In this document: positions 1 through 11,822 of the stretch, piece after piece
Layout of the letters: each line of letters begins with the position of its first letter
How positions within the stretch are numbered: position 1 is the first letter of the stretch
The notes under the pieces: model-generated
The model's database searches: none
What the model was told of the DNA's origin: nothing
Seen by the model: the letters and a program-made list of their open reading frames with translations, nothing else
Position numbers and translations under genes: made by a program
NCBI GenBank assembly: GCA_046538485.1
Contig: JBKHIT010000072.1
Coordinates: 1-20,929, forward strand
Direction of reading: 5' to 3'
DNA: 20,929 nt
Source of the DNA: Candidatus Brocadiia bacterium
Lineage (GTDB): Bacteria > Planctomycetota > Brocadiia > SM23-32

Positions 1-313
1 AAACAGAAATGTAAAAACGGCATCATACAAGAAATGACATATGTCAAGATAGGGGCCCGGCGTACCGAAGAAAGGTCAACGTGGTTTACTGAATACTTAC
101 GATTTTCGGGGAATGCCCGGCTGCCAGAACTCGCAGGGAGGCACAGCGCAAATTCCTTTATGGTTGGTCTTGACTTCTCCAGCGGTTTGCCATTGAATAA
201 CACCCGACAAGAAACATGCAATCCGCCTTAAGCAGCACATGGAACATACCTCTTATCAAGTCCTCAAACGCAGGCTGGATCGGATGAAGCATAATAACTT
301 TCAGGAGAACCAC

Positions 314-1042
314 ATGACAGACAACATCAACGTCCTGGTCTGGAACGAATACCGTCACGAACAGTCCAGCGAAGAAATTGCCAAACTCTACCCGAAAGGT
401 ATCCACGGCGCGATCGCTGATTCCCTTCAGTCAAGACCCGAAATCGGCAAAATCGCGTGTGCTAATCTGGACGAATCTGAACAGGGGTTGACAAAAAAAC
501 GGCTCGCAGAAACCGATGTGATCGTCTGGTGGAGCCATATCGCCAACGACGAAGTCGAAGACAAAATCGTCGACCGGTTGCATGAAGCGGTGCTCGGGGG
601 AATGGGGTTGATCGTGCTTCATTCCGCGATCCAGGCGCGGATCTTCCGGCGTCTCATGGGAACAAGTTGCCGGATCCGCTGGCGGGAAGATGGGGAAAAA
701 GAACGGGTCTGGGTGACGGATCCGGCCCATCCCATCGCCCGGGGACTGGATGAATTCTTCGAACTGCAACAGACCGAAATGTACGGCGAACCGTTCGACG
801 TGCCGCCGCCGGACGAACTGGTTTTCATCAGCTGGTTCGAGGGCGGCGAGATCTTCCGCAGCGGGTGTTGTTACCACCGCGGCCGGGGCAAAATCTTCTA
901 TTTCCGTCCGGGGCACGAAACCTACCCTATTTATTACGATGAAAATGTGCTGAACGTTCTCTATAACGCATGTCTGTGGGCAGCTCCGAACAACGGACCC
1001 GATCCTACATTCGGCAACCAGGCTCCTCTGGAAGAAACGTAG
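314..1042 (+). CDS. thuA: ThuA-domain (trehalose utilization-like, class I glutamine amidotransferase-like fold) protein
   Basis: Family motifs VLVWNEYRHE, YPKGIHGAIA, DVIVWWSH, GMGLIVLHS, EMYGEPFDVPPPDELVFISWFEGGEIFRSGC, GKIFYFRPGHETYPIY. ATG at 314 follows AGGAGA (303-308), so it is preferred over the ORF-track start at 239. Confidence 0.9.
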   Translation: MTDNINVLVWNEYRHEQSSEEIAKLYPKGIHGAIADSLQSRPEIGKIACANLDESEQGLTKKRLAETDVIVWWSHIANDEVEDKIVDRLHEAVLGGMGLIVLHSAIQARIFRRLMGTSCRIRWREDGEKERVWVTDPAHPIARGLDEFFELQQTEMYGEPFDVPPPDELVFISWFEGGEIFRSGCCYHRGRGKIFYFRPGHETYPIYYDENVLNVLYNACLWAAPNNGPDPTFGNQAPLEET

Positions 1043-1094
1043 GTGAGAGTAGAGGGCGCCGGCGGGCACCGAAAACAGGCCAGTTTCGGCCGCA

Positions 1095-2459
1095 TCATTC
1101 GGGCCTCGGCACACGCACATGCTGAAGACGGTGCTCTTCTTTGTCGTGGGTATATTGATGGAGCAAAATGCGGTTTGAAAGCATCCGTTTTGTTAGATCG
1201 GCGATAACGGAATCGTAAGCTGGATCCCCCGCAAGATTCTTCTCTTCTCGGGAATCGGTGCGCAAATTGTACAGGTTTTGAACACCCCCCTGTTCGGGAT
1301 CGAAAACCATCTTCCAATTGGCGGTCCGGATCATCACCGCCGTGCTGATTTCGCTGAAAACTGCCTCCCGACTCGCTCCGCGTTCATCCCTGAGAATGGC
1401 CAGCAGATCGCGTCCGGGTCTCTGCTGTTGTGCAGAATCCAGGGTCCCCGCCAGCGAAAGGATCGTCGGGTAGATGTCGAGGTGGGAGACCAGTTGTTTG
1501 GAGTCTTTCCCTCGTAGTCCCCTGGCGCCACGAATAACTCCCGGACCGGTCATAATCAGGGGAATACCGGCGCTCTGCTCGTAGAAATACCTTTTGTCCC
1601 ATATCCCGTGATCGCCGAGATTGTCGCCGTGATCGGAGGTGAAAATTATGACAGTATTTTCCAGAATGCCCTGTTCTTCAAGAGTGTCCATAATTTCGCC
1701 GACATATTTGTCCAACAAAGCGCACTTATCCATATAATCCGCGCGGCGTTTGCGCAGACCTTCCGAATCCGGGCCATCGATCGGGGCCGGCACGTCGGAG
1801 GGTTGGTGCTGTTGGCCGGGATGCCAGAACGGTGGGTGTGGGCCGCTGAAACCAATATTCAAATAGAACGGAGACTCTTCGCTGTAATTTTCAACAAATT
1901 CCCGCGCTTTCCCTCCGATGTAAGCATCCTCGTAGTATTCTTCGGGGAATGGATAGCCCTCGCCCATATGATCGAGAGCCTTGATATATTCCTTGTAGAG
2001 CCCTTCTTCGCGGAGGTGTTTTGTAAACTGGCATTCGTTGTACTTATGCTCATAAGGGTTCAAAACCTGATGGACGTAATCGAATCCGAATTTCATGACT
2101 TCGTCATGATGTCGCGTAAAATCCATGTCCAGGCCGTAGCCGTCGATGTAATGGTGTCGTCCTACCAGCGCCGTATGATACCCGGCGTTTTGAAGATGGG
2201 ACATAAAGGTATCAGCTCTCTGTCGCCCGTCCAGAGGCTCGGCCATGTTACCGCATATGCCATGCTGGGAGGGGTAAAAACCGGTAATGATCGATGCCCG
2301 CGCAGGTTGACAAAGGGGAGACGTGGTATATGCGTGCTCAAAAATGGCCCCGCGATCAGCGAGCTGAAGGAGTCGGGGAGTGCTCCGACCGACGGCATCG
2401 GGACGAAAATGATCGGTGATGATCAGCACGATATTAGGTCTGTTTTTTGACGCACCCAT
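1095..2459 (-). CDS. Cys-type formylglycine-dependent sulfatase (S1 family, cytoplasmic, choline-sulfatase-like)
   Basis: RPNIVLIITD N-terminus, SPLCQPARASIITG (CxPxR), GPHPP, NTVIIFTSDHGDNLGDHG, LYNLRTDSRE. AGGAG RBS upstream. No signal peptide. Confidence 0.92.
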   Translation of the reverse strand: MGASKNRPNIVLIITDHFRPDAVGRSTPRLLQLADRGAIFEHAYTTSPLCQPARASIITGFYPSQHGICGNMAEPLDGRQRADTFMSHLQNAGYHTALVGRHHYIDGYGLDMDFTRHHDEVMKFGFDYVHQVLNPYEHKYNECQFTKHLREEGLYKEYIKALDHMGEGYPFPEEYYEDAYIGGKAREFVENYSEESPFYLNIGFSGPHPPFWHPGQQHQPSDVPAPIDGPDSEGLRKRRADYMDKCALLDKYVGEIMDTLEEQGILENTVIIFTSDHGDNLGDHGIWDKRYFYEQSAGIPLIMTGPGVIRGARGLRGKDSKQLVSHLDIYPTILSLAGTLDSAQQQRPGRDLLAILRDERGASREAVFSEISTAVMIRTANWKMVFDPEQGGVQNLYNLRTDSREEKNLAGDPAYDSVIADLTKRMLSNRILLHQYTHDKEEHRLQHVRVPRPE

Positions 2460-2682
2460 ATTTTGCTCCTATCGGGATTCGGTCATTCAGGCTTGAGACG
2501 GTCAGGCAATTCCAAGGACCGCCGGCAAAACGAAAAATGAAAGCGGTGATCCGTTCCACATGTCGGAACTGTACACCGCATTTCACAGCCAGCCGAAGCT
2601 GGCGATATGTCATACAAACACAGATTGCCGGCAGCTTTCACAAAAAATATTACCACCATAAGGTAGCAACAAAGGTGCCGGT

Positions 2683-3708
2683 TTACTCAACTATGCCCAT
2701 CTCAATGGCTTTTTCGGCAATTTGAACGGTATTGAGCGCTGCGCCTTTACGGATATTGTCGGAAACACACCACATGTCAAGCGTGTTTTCCCGGGAGGGA
2801 TCACGACGGATTCGACCGACATACACCGGGTCTTTCCCCGATGCTTCCCGCGCGAGGGGATACGAATGAGATGCCGGATCGTCGACGACCTCTACCCCAG
2901 GGGCCTTCGCGAGAATTTCACGCGCTTGTTCGGAAGACATTTTATTCTCGAATTCGACATTGATTGTTTCGCTGTGACTCATCGACACCGGAACCCGCAC
3001 GCACGTCGCGGTGATGGGCATTTCAGGTTCGCCCAAAATCTTCCGGGTTTCTTTAATCATTTTGACTTCTTCACTGTAATAACCCGGATATTCTTCCTTC
3101 ATACTTCCGATTTCTGGCAGGCAATTATCATAAATTTGATGCGGATAAGGTCCCAACTCAGCGTCAATGCCTTCGGCGGCACACGTTCGCTGTTCCCTCA
3201 GGGCCCTCACACCGGCACGTCCGGTACCACTGACAGCCTGGTAAGTGCTGATCACAATGCGACGAATAACCCCAACCTCATGCAGAGGAGCCAGGGCCAC
3301 GACCATCTGAATGGTGCTGCAATTCGGGTTGGCGATGAATCCCTGATTTCCCTCCATCGCTTTGGGGTTAACCTCAGGGATCACCAGGGGGACACGGGGA
3401 TCCATTCGAAAATCACTTCCGTTATCCACGACAAACACGCCTTTTTTTACAGCTTTCCAACCGAAAAGCTGTGAAGCCCCGGATTCTCCCTCCGTTCCTG
3501 CGAAAAGGGCCACGTCCAAACCGTCGAATACCTCTTCAGAAGCGGCTATCACATGCCGCTTGTTGCCGGCAAGCTCCTGGGTTCGTTCCGAACGCGCCAT
3601 TATACGCAGTTCTTCGGCAGGGAAAGCGCGTTGTTCGAGCACGCGAACAAGTTCCTCACCTACCATTCCTGCGCCAACAACACCGACTTTAAAACTTTTG
3701 CTATTCAA
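2683..3708 (-). CDS. asd: Aspartate-semialdehyde dehydrogenase
   Basis: KVGVVGAGMVG Rossmann motif, VVDNGSDFRMDPRVPLVIPEVN, IANPNCST (catalytic Cys), STYQAVSGTG, ATCVRVPV..SHSE, DNIRKGAALNTVQIAE. Likely TTG start at 3708 with GGGAG upstream, overlapping the end of the GcvH-like gene by 8 nt. The ORF track extends to 3792. Confidence 0.95.
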   Translation of the reverse strand: MNSKSFKVGVVGAGMVGEELVRVLEQRAFPAEELRIMARSERTQELAGNKRHVIAASEEVFDGLDVALFAGTEGESGASQLFGWKAVKKGVFVVDNGSDFRMDPRVPLVIPEVNPKAMEGNQGFIANPNCSTIQMVVALAPLHEVGVIRRIVISTYQAVSGTGRAGVRALREQRTCAAEGIDAELGPYPHQIYDNCLPEIGSMKEEYPGYYSEEVKMIKETRKILGEPEMPITATCVRVPVSMSHSETINVEFENKMSSEQAREILAKAPGVEVVDDPASHSYPLAREASGKDPVYVGRIRRDPSRENTLDMWCVSDNIRKGAALNTVQIAEKAIEMGIVE

Positions 3709-4111
3709 GATCGTATTTTTCTCCCAGAGTTTCTTCGCAGTATTCCTGATAAGCTTCTGGCACCAGCAGGTTGCGGAGGTGGTCCGGCTCATGCACTTTT
3801 ATTTTCATAAGCCATCCTTCTCCGTATGGATCATTTTCGAGGGTTCCCAGATCCCATTCAAGTCCCTTGTTAACCTCAAGAATATGGGCATCAGCGGGCG
3901 GTGATATCTCGTGTATCCCGTTTTCGCCTTCCACAGTCCCGATAATGACTTCGAGCATCATTTCGTCATCGGGAGCCGGTATCTCAAGCGCAACAAGAGG
4001 ACCGAGTTTGTCCAGCAAAGGGGCCGTAATGCCCATTCGAACCACAACAGCGTCGATTTTCACCCAAACGTGATTTCGGGTATAAGTCCTGTCATCTGGT
4101 ATCACTGTCAC
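3701..4111 (-). CDS. Glycine cleavage H-protein-like protein lacking the canonical lipoyl-Lys
   Basis: IPDDRTYTRNHVWVK, RMGIT..LG, ILEVN, NDPYGEGWLMKIK match GcvH. VEGENG is found where VESVKA is expected. GTG start with AGGA RBS. Confidence 0.85.
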   Translation of the reverse strand: MTVIPDDRTYTRNHVWVKIDAVVVRMGITAPLLDKLGPLVALEIPAPDDEMMLEVIIGTVEGENGIHEISPPADAHILEVNKGLEWDLGTLENDPYGEGWLMKIKVHEPDHLRNLLVPEAYQEYCEETLGEKYDLE

Positions 4112-4433
4112 AACTCTGTTCCTTTTTTTTAGGGTGGCGTATAGTTATTCTAACATACGGCCTTTAACGTGCAACCGGCCGATTCAGAGGTTAAAAAAAG
4201 CTGTGTCCTTTCCGAAAGCAACGAGCATAACTAATTCGGACGTGGTACGTATCTCCTGTCTCCCAAAATGCATTTTAAAACCAGGCCTGAAACATACATA
4301 CTATCCAGAGCCTCTCTCAACCTGTATTTGCCCACATTTGCTGTCGCCCCCCGAATTCCAGTAACATACATTAAGAGGTAAGATAACACGTTCTCCCGAT
4401 CATTCCTAAAGGTACGAGCTTAAACCAGGAATA

Positions 4434-5624
4434 ATGTCCACCCGTATTCTGCTTGTCGACAATAACCCTGAAGATCTCAAACGGCTGCACGAGCATTTCG
4501 AATCCGAAGGGTACGAAGTAGAAGAAGCTGAAGCCTGCCCGGAAGCCTGCAATCTGATCACCTCCGGAGAATTCGATCTCGTCGTGCTCGATGCGACAAA
4601 GCCGGACGAGGTCAGGGCCGATTTGTGCCGGGATCTTCATGGCTGCAGTTCGACCGCTGGCGTACCTATTATAGGTATCACAGATCACGATTCCGCGCAC
4701 CGGGGCGAAGCGGCCCTGGAAATCGGGGCCGACGATTTTGTTGTCCGGCCCATCAAAAAATCCGAACTCCTTGTGCGGGCCCGTACTCTGCTGCGCCTGA
4801 AAGAACTTAATGACGATCTCAGACACCGCAATGAACTTCTGGAAGATCTGAACCAGCAATTGGCCAGTCGTAATCAAGAGCTGGAACAAGGCATGGAGAT
4901 GGCCCACAGGCTTCAGGAAGCACTCCTACCCCAACATTACCCTCCACTGAAAAACATCTCCTTCTACCACCTCTACACCCCGGCCGACGTCATCGGGGGT
5001 GATATATTTCAAATCACAAAAATGGAAGACGGACGGGCGGTAATTTTCCTGAGCGATGTCAGTGGGCATGGCATCCGGGCAGCTCTGGTCACCAGCATTC
5101 TCAAAGCCGTCTTCGAACACGTATATCTCGAAGATAAAGACGTTACAGAGATTCTTGAGGACCTTAATTCCCGCTTTCGAAGCATTCTCGGTGATCTCTC
5201 GCCGCACATCTACGCCACCGGCTTTCTGTTGATCGTTGACGGGGAAGAGTGCACAATCGACGTGGCCTGCGCTGGACACGTAAGCCCTTTCTTGATAAGC
5301 AAATACGACATGAGCTGCCGGCCCTTACTTGATTTTGGAGATATCGGTCCAGCCCTGGGCTTTTTCCAAGAACCTCAGTTCCCTTCGGTGGGTATTAAAC
5401 TTTCTCCCGGCGATATTGTGCTTGGATTTACAGATGGGGTTTACGAAGCCATCAACGACGAGGGCGAAATTTTTGGCCTGGAACGTATGCGGCAGTTCAT
5501 TGCGCGCAATGCCCGCCTGATTCCAAGAGATTTAATCCAGAAAGTTGTTACCCACACCGATGAATATCGGGGATCGCACAAACGTTCAGATGATGTCTGT
5601 CTGGTAGCCCTCGAAGTGCATTGA
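4434..5624 (+). CDS. Response-regulator receiver + coiled coil + PP2C/SpoIIE (RsbU-like) Ser/Thr phosphatase
   Basis: Receiver (RILLVD, DLVVLD, GADDFV), heptad linker, and PP2C motifs IGGDIF, DVSGHG, AGH, FTDGVYE, DDVCLV. CAGGA RBS. Confidence 0.92.
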   Translation: MSTRILLVDNNPEDLKRLHEHFESEGYEVEEAEACPEACNLITSGEFDLVVLDATKPDEVRADLCRDLHGCSSTAGVPIIGITDHDSAHRGEAALEIGADDFVVRPIKKSELLVRARTLLRLKELNDDLRHRNELLEDLNQQLASRNQELEQGMEMAHRLQEALLPQHYPPLKNISFYHLYTPADVIGGDIFQITKMEDGRAVIFLSDVSGHGIRAALVTSILKAVFEHVYLEDKDVTEILEDLNSRFRSILGDLSPHIYATGFLLIVDGEECTIDVACAGHVSPFLISKYDMSCRPLLDFGDIGPALGFFQEPQFPSVGIKLSPGDIVLGFTDGVYEAINDEGEIFGLERMRQFIARNARLIPRDLIQKVVTHTDEYRGSHKRSDDVCLVALEVH

Positions 5625-5645
5625 GAAATCGGTGTAGCTCCCAGC

Positions 5646-7682
<2,037 letters not shown>

Positions 7683-7728
7683 TCAAACCCCTTCTTTGCT
7701 GTTCCGGTGGATTTTCCCTGTCCCCGGT

Positions 7729-8454
7729 TTATATTTCGGCAACTTCCTGCTCGGCCGTAGCAAAAAACTGCCGCAGGTCGCTCAGGCAAAAATCGCAGAG
7801 AGCGCCCTCTTCAAGACGGATTTCAGTGATTTTTTCCCAATCGGTCGGTGCAACGCTAACTCGTTGCAGAATACATTTCTCATTCAAACAGAAATGCTGC
7901 CCATCGGCACCCTTCTCCACATCGTCACGCCACTTGGAAGGGACACCGAACATGAAACAAACCTGCCGCATTACTTCGGTTTTCAGGCAGCTGTAAGGCA
8001 TTCCCCAGATGTGTTCCAGCCTATGGACACTGATCACAGCAGCAGAGAAAGGCTTGGCGGCTCCGACCATATAACCAGGACTTGCTTCTCCGCGTTCCTC
8101 ATTTCCTGAATCATACATATCTTCTTCCATGACGAACAGATCATAGTGATCACCCAGAAGACGGGCATCGCGCCAGGGTTCGGTCGATAGATCGTGGAGG
8201 AGCCGTCCGGAATCAACCTGCATACGCTCTTCGTTCAGTGCATCGTAAATGTACCAATCGACGCTTTGCCAGGGGACGAGTTTATCGTTTTCATCCCGCC
8301 ATTGGGGGCTGCGGTATTGACCGTAATCGCGCACGGGGAACTCTTCAGAGTTGCCTCCGAGGGCAAAAAGCTCGGTTATGGCGTCGATGACGGCCGTCTT
8401 TTCGGGCCAGAAGCCTTTATTATCGAGAATATTGAGTGGTTTTAGTCGGTTCAT
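7729..8454 (-). CDS. Archaemetzincin (peptidase M54)-like protein with degenerate HExxH, probable pseudo-protease
   Basis: QVDSGRLL, EDMY..GYMVGAA..AAVISVHRL, FG..HFC....C and terminal LCDFCLSDL resemble archaemetzincin. RQVCF occupies the HExGH position. Start uncertain (ATG 8454 or GTG 8526). Confidence 0.65.
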   Translation of the reverse strand: MNRLKPLNILDNKGFWPEKTAVIDAITELFALGGNSEEFPVRDYGQYRSPQWRDENDKLVPWQSVDWYIYDALNEERMQVDSGRLLHDLSTEPWRDARLLGDHYDLFVMEEDMYDSGNEERGEASPGYMVGAAKPFSAAVISVHRLEHIWGMPYSCLKTEVMRQVCFMFGVPSKWRDDVEKGADGQHFCLNEKCILQRVSVAPTDWEKITEIRLEEGALCDFCLSDLRQFFATAEQEVAEI

Positions 8455-8643
8455 AGCTTTCGAAACTCTTTTTTGAGAATTGAGGGGAAGCTCCGCATCT
8501 CCCCCCGCAAAGGGCAACGGTTTCACCCCGACCCGACAATTCCATTATTGCCCATCCCGGTCCAAACTGCAACCCGGCCTCTGGAAACCAGAAAATAATC
8601 GTTCAGGTACCTGTCAGCTTTTTCAATACGTTCGTTATTTTCG

Positions 8644-11343
8644 TCACGGGGCCGTTTTCAATTTCTTCTCAGCCGACGCCCGGAGTTGAGCAAAACGCGC
8701 GAGCACGTCCGGACTCCCCATATCGGGATCAAATTCTTTCAACTGCCGGATCAGCGTCAGTAATTTCCGCAACGCCTTTGCATTGCCGGATTCCACAACG
8801 CATTCCGCCCGTTCGACCTGCGCTGTCCAGAACAAAGCGCTCTCGCGAGATAGACCCGAACAGAGCGGATTCAAGGTCTCAATGGCATCCTCCAGCCGTC
8901 CCAGCTTTTTCAAACATCGGGCTTTCCCAATGACCAATTTCACATCGACGGAACCCGACTCTTCTGAGTCGCCAGGTTCTCGATCTGTGCCTTCGAGACG
9001 ACCATATAATTTAATAGCCTGTCTCAAATCCGCTGGATTCCCCCGTCTCGTCAGCGCGTCGGCATAAAATTTTCCGGCCCGGTAAGAGAGCGGCGAACTG
9101 CGTCTGCTGGCATTATAAAGCCAGCCGGCCCACCGGTAGTAGATCTTCAGCAACTTCCGATTACGGGAACTGTCGCGCCCGGATTCCAGGACGGAGCGGA
9201 CCTCCCCGAGAAATCTGTCGGCCAGTTCTTTGGTTTTGTCCATCCCGTACGACTGCCGGAAATGACGCAGGGATTCAGCGGCCTCTTTAAGACGCTGGTT
9301 TCGAAGCGCATCCTCGAACAGATAGCAGTCGGCCGCCCCCCCCGCATCGCATTCTGACCAACGCTCGCGCAATGTCGACAGTTTATCCAGTGCTTCTTCG
9401 TCACCGAGTACCGAATGGCGTAGCAACAGTGCGTAGAGCTTGCAGCGGCAGGCCCGGTCAGCAAGTTGCTTCTTTTTCGGCTCTGTCAGATCGCTATCTG
9501 ACTCTGTTCTGTTCTTCAATCTCGCGCTCAGGGCCTGCAATCGCCGCGCCAGTTCGGCCGCCTGCTCTCTGTCTGATGGCGGGGTTCGGCGGGCAAGTTT
9601 GTACTCCTGCTCCAGTGCCAGGAAGTCCGCCATCAAACCGGTGTATTTTTGCGACTTGATCTGTCCGTAACTCTCCACCGCGCGCCGGGCCCACCTCTTG
9701 AACTGCTGGTCCGAGTCGGCCTCGCGGGCAAGCACCGCGCACTGGGCCCCGATCGCAAGCTGCCACCGGTCGGCATCATCGTCTTCGTCCCAATTGGTAG
9801 CCAGCACCGACAGCGCATCCACAAAAGCCTTCCGATATTTCCGGACGGATGTATTGCCTCCCGCCAGCGCCGATTCCAGCATTCGATCGCGTATTCTGGC
9901 GCGTTCCAATGCGGCTGCTTTCGCCCGGGAGTGTGAAGGATAGTTCCTGGAGAGTTCTTCGTAAGCTTCAGTCGCTTGAAGGCGCTTCGTCTGTATCGCT
10001 TTCGCACGCCCGATTATCCAGAGCGCCTCCGGGACAATCGGATTACGTCCGTCTCTGTCCTGTTTCTTCGCCCGTTCTGCCAGGTCGATGGCTTTTTGCA
10101 GATCTCGGCGCAAATCGTGCCGCTGCTTGCTATCAGGCCTGGAAGTTCCGCCGGAATCTCCCCGAGAAAGTCGGTGGGCCGCCAGGAGAACAAGAACCGA
10201 AGGGGGAGCGTTATTTATCTGCTTCTGCGACCAACGCCTGAGAAACAGCTTCGCCACCAGCGCCCGCGACGAGGGAGACCTGTGCCGGCTGAGGAAATCT
10301 CGGAGCGCCTCGTCCAGCCTGTTCCGCACCCGTTCGGCATCCGCGTCTTCACGCTTAATTTCCCGGCTGTAGAAACGTTCGTGGAGCATCATAGCCCGCA
10401 CGTCGATCAGAGTTTTCGGATCCGGTTTCGGGGACAGAGCCTGATATTTGGCCACGGCCTCGACTGCCTGGCGGAACGCCGCCGGCGTGCCGGGAGAGTC
10501 AGCGTCGGCCCAGGCCGAATCGGACCCCGCAAAATCAATTCTGGCACGAGCCAGCTCGAAAAACACCTTTTCCCGCAAATCAGCACTGGAAGCCTGTCCC
10601 GCCAGCTGCGACAGCAGTCGGACAGCCTTTTTGTGCTTTCCTTTTTCTCGCAGGCAGGAGCCTTTCAGCAGTTGCAGTCGTTGCCGGGGAGAACCAGCCG
10701 AAAAAGCTGAAACCATCTTTTCAACGTCGGCGATCGTCTTTTCCAGAAGGCGTATCCGCTCCGATCCTTCCGCAGTTGCCCGCGCCTTCCAGTAGCGGGC
10801 AAACGCCCTTTGCCAGCGCAATTGCCAGCCGAGACGCTCCAGTCTCGGGGCAAGGTTAACTTCACGCGCCGAATCATCTTCGGCCCATTTCTGGCGACGC
10901 TTCAAATCGGTCTGGATTTCTTCCAGTTCCTTGAGGGACTCCGACAGCCACAGGCAGAGTTTTTGTCGCTGCTCAGAGGTTGAAAGCGATAGTTTCATGC
11001 GGGCGATCACAGGGCGTCCCCGTCGCATACCAAGTATATCTGCCATCCTGAGGCGCACGCTGAACCAGTCCACAATCGCCTCTTCCCGCGCGGCCTGTCC
11101 CGGGCGAGGCGAGTGCACTTTTTCTTTTATGGATGCGGCGCTTTTGCGCGCACGTTCGACAGCTTCCAGCAATAGTTTCTCGCGCCGTTTACCTTCGGCC
11201 TCATCGCTTTCAGCGAGGAGTTTCTCTATGGCTGCTTCACCCGGGAAATTTTGCTCTTCGGCCCGACTCACCGGACCGTAAAGAAAAACGGGCAGGAGCA
11301 CGGCCACCAGCACCACAAATTTTCGCCCGAGCCCTCCATTCAT
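8644..11343 (-). CDS. Large exported alpha-helical/TPR-like repeat protein
   Basis: 899 aa with N-terminal signal peptide (RKFVVLVAVLLPVFLYGPVSRA). TPR-like segments such as EALWIIGRAK..ATEAYEELSRNYP and LVIGKARCLKKLGRLEDAIETL. ATGA overlap with upstream exbD. Confidence 0.8.
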   Translation of the reverse strand: MNGGLGRKFVVLVAVLLPVFLYGPVSRAEEQNFPGEAAIEKLLAESDEAEGKRREKLLLEAVERARKSAASIKEKVHSPRPGQAAREEAIVDWFSVRLRMADILGMRRGRPVIARMKLSLSTSEQRQKLCLWLSESLKELEEIQTDLKRRQKWAEDDSAREVNLAPRLERLGWQLRWQRAFARYWKARATAEGSERIRLLEKTIADVEKMVSAFSAGSPRQRLQLLKGSCLREKGKHKKAVRLLSQLAGQASSADLREKVFFELARARIDFAGSDSAWADADSPGTPAAFRQAVEAVAKYQALSPKPDPKTLIDVRAMMLHERFYSREIKREDADAERVRNRLDEALRDFLSRHRSPSSRALVAKLFLRRWSQKQINNAPPSVLVLLAAHRLSRGDSGGTSRPDSKQRHDLRRDLQKAIDLAERAKKQDRDGRNPIVPEALWIIGRAKAIQTKRLQATEAYEELSRNYPSHSRAKAAALERARIRDRMLESALAGGNTSVRKYRKAFVDALSVLATNWDEDDDADRWQLAIGAQCAVLAREADSDQQFKRWARRAVESYGQIKSQKYTGLMADFLALEQEYKLARRTPPSDREQAAELARRLQALSARLKNRTESDSDLTEPKKKQLADRACRCKLYALLLRHSVLGDEEALDKLSTLRERWSECDAGGAADCYLFEDALRNQRLKEAAESLRHFRQSYGMDKTKELADRFLGEVRSVLESGRDSSRNRKLLKIYYRWAGWLYNASRRSSPLSYRAGKFYADALTRRGNPADLRQAIKLYGRLEGTDREPGDSEESGSVDVKLVIGKARCLKKLGRLEDAIETLNPLCSGLSRESALFWTAQVERAECVVESGNAKALRKLLTLIRQLKEFDPDMGSPDVLARFAQLRASAEKKLKTAP

Positions 11344-11822
11344 TCGTTCGCCTCCGGAGGCGCAAAGGTTACCGCTTCGAATCCCGCCACGGAGGCGGCG
11401 TTGAACACTTCAATCACGTAAGCCCACCGGACGTCCCGATCCGCGTGGATAATGACAGGCACGTCGGGATCGTCTATTCTCCGGGCGCGGCCGACGAGGG
11501 CGCCTTTCACTTCGCTCACATCGGCGGTCAGTTGTCCGTCGTCTATCCGGTACCGCACATCTCTGTTGAACTCGCCGGCGGGGGTCAGGGAGATATGGAT
11601 CGGCAGCAGTATGCTCTGCTTTCCGCCCGAGGACGGGACGGGCGTCATGAGCTGTTTCTCGGGTTTCTGGAAGGTGCTCGTCAGCAAGAAATACAGCAGA
11701 AGCAGAAAAGTGACATCGATGAGCGGGGTGAGCGGCAGCGAGGCGCGCCAGCGTTCCCGCAGGGGGGGCAAAGAATCTCGCAGGTTGGGGGCGCGTTCCT
11801 CTACGCTTTCTTCAGTCGTCAT
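11340..11822 (-). CDS. exbD: ExbD/TolR family biopolymer transport protein
   Basis: LTPLIDVTFLLLLYFLL transmembrane motif with conserved Asp; C-terminal VIIHADRDVRWAYVIEVFNAASVAG. Confidence 0.92.
   Translation of the reverse strand: MTTEESVEERAPNLRDSLPPLRERWRASLPLTPLIDVTFLLLLYFLLTSTFQKPEKQLMTPVPSSGGKQSILLPIHISLTPAGEFNRDVRYRIDDGQLTADVSEVKGALVGRARRIDDPDVPVIIHADRDVRWAYVIEVFNAASVAGFEAVTFAPPEANE

Noticed and set aside
170..198. Possible sigma70 promoter TTGACT-N17-TTGAAT upstream of thuA
   Set aside because: The -10 match is weak and cannot be distinguished from chance.
1043..1094. Possible bidirectional terminator between thuA and the sulfatase (CCGAAA..TTTCGG)
   Set aside because: Short stem with no U-tract on either strand.
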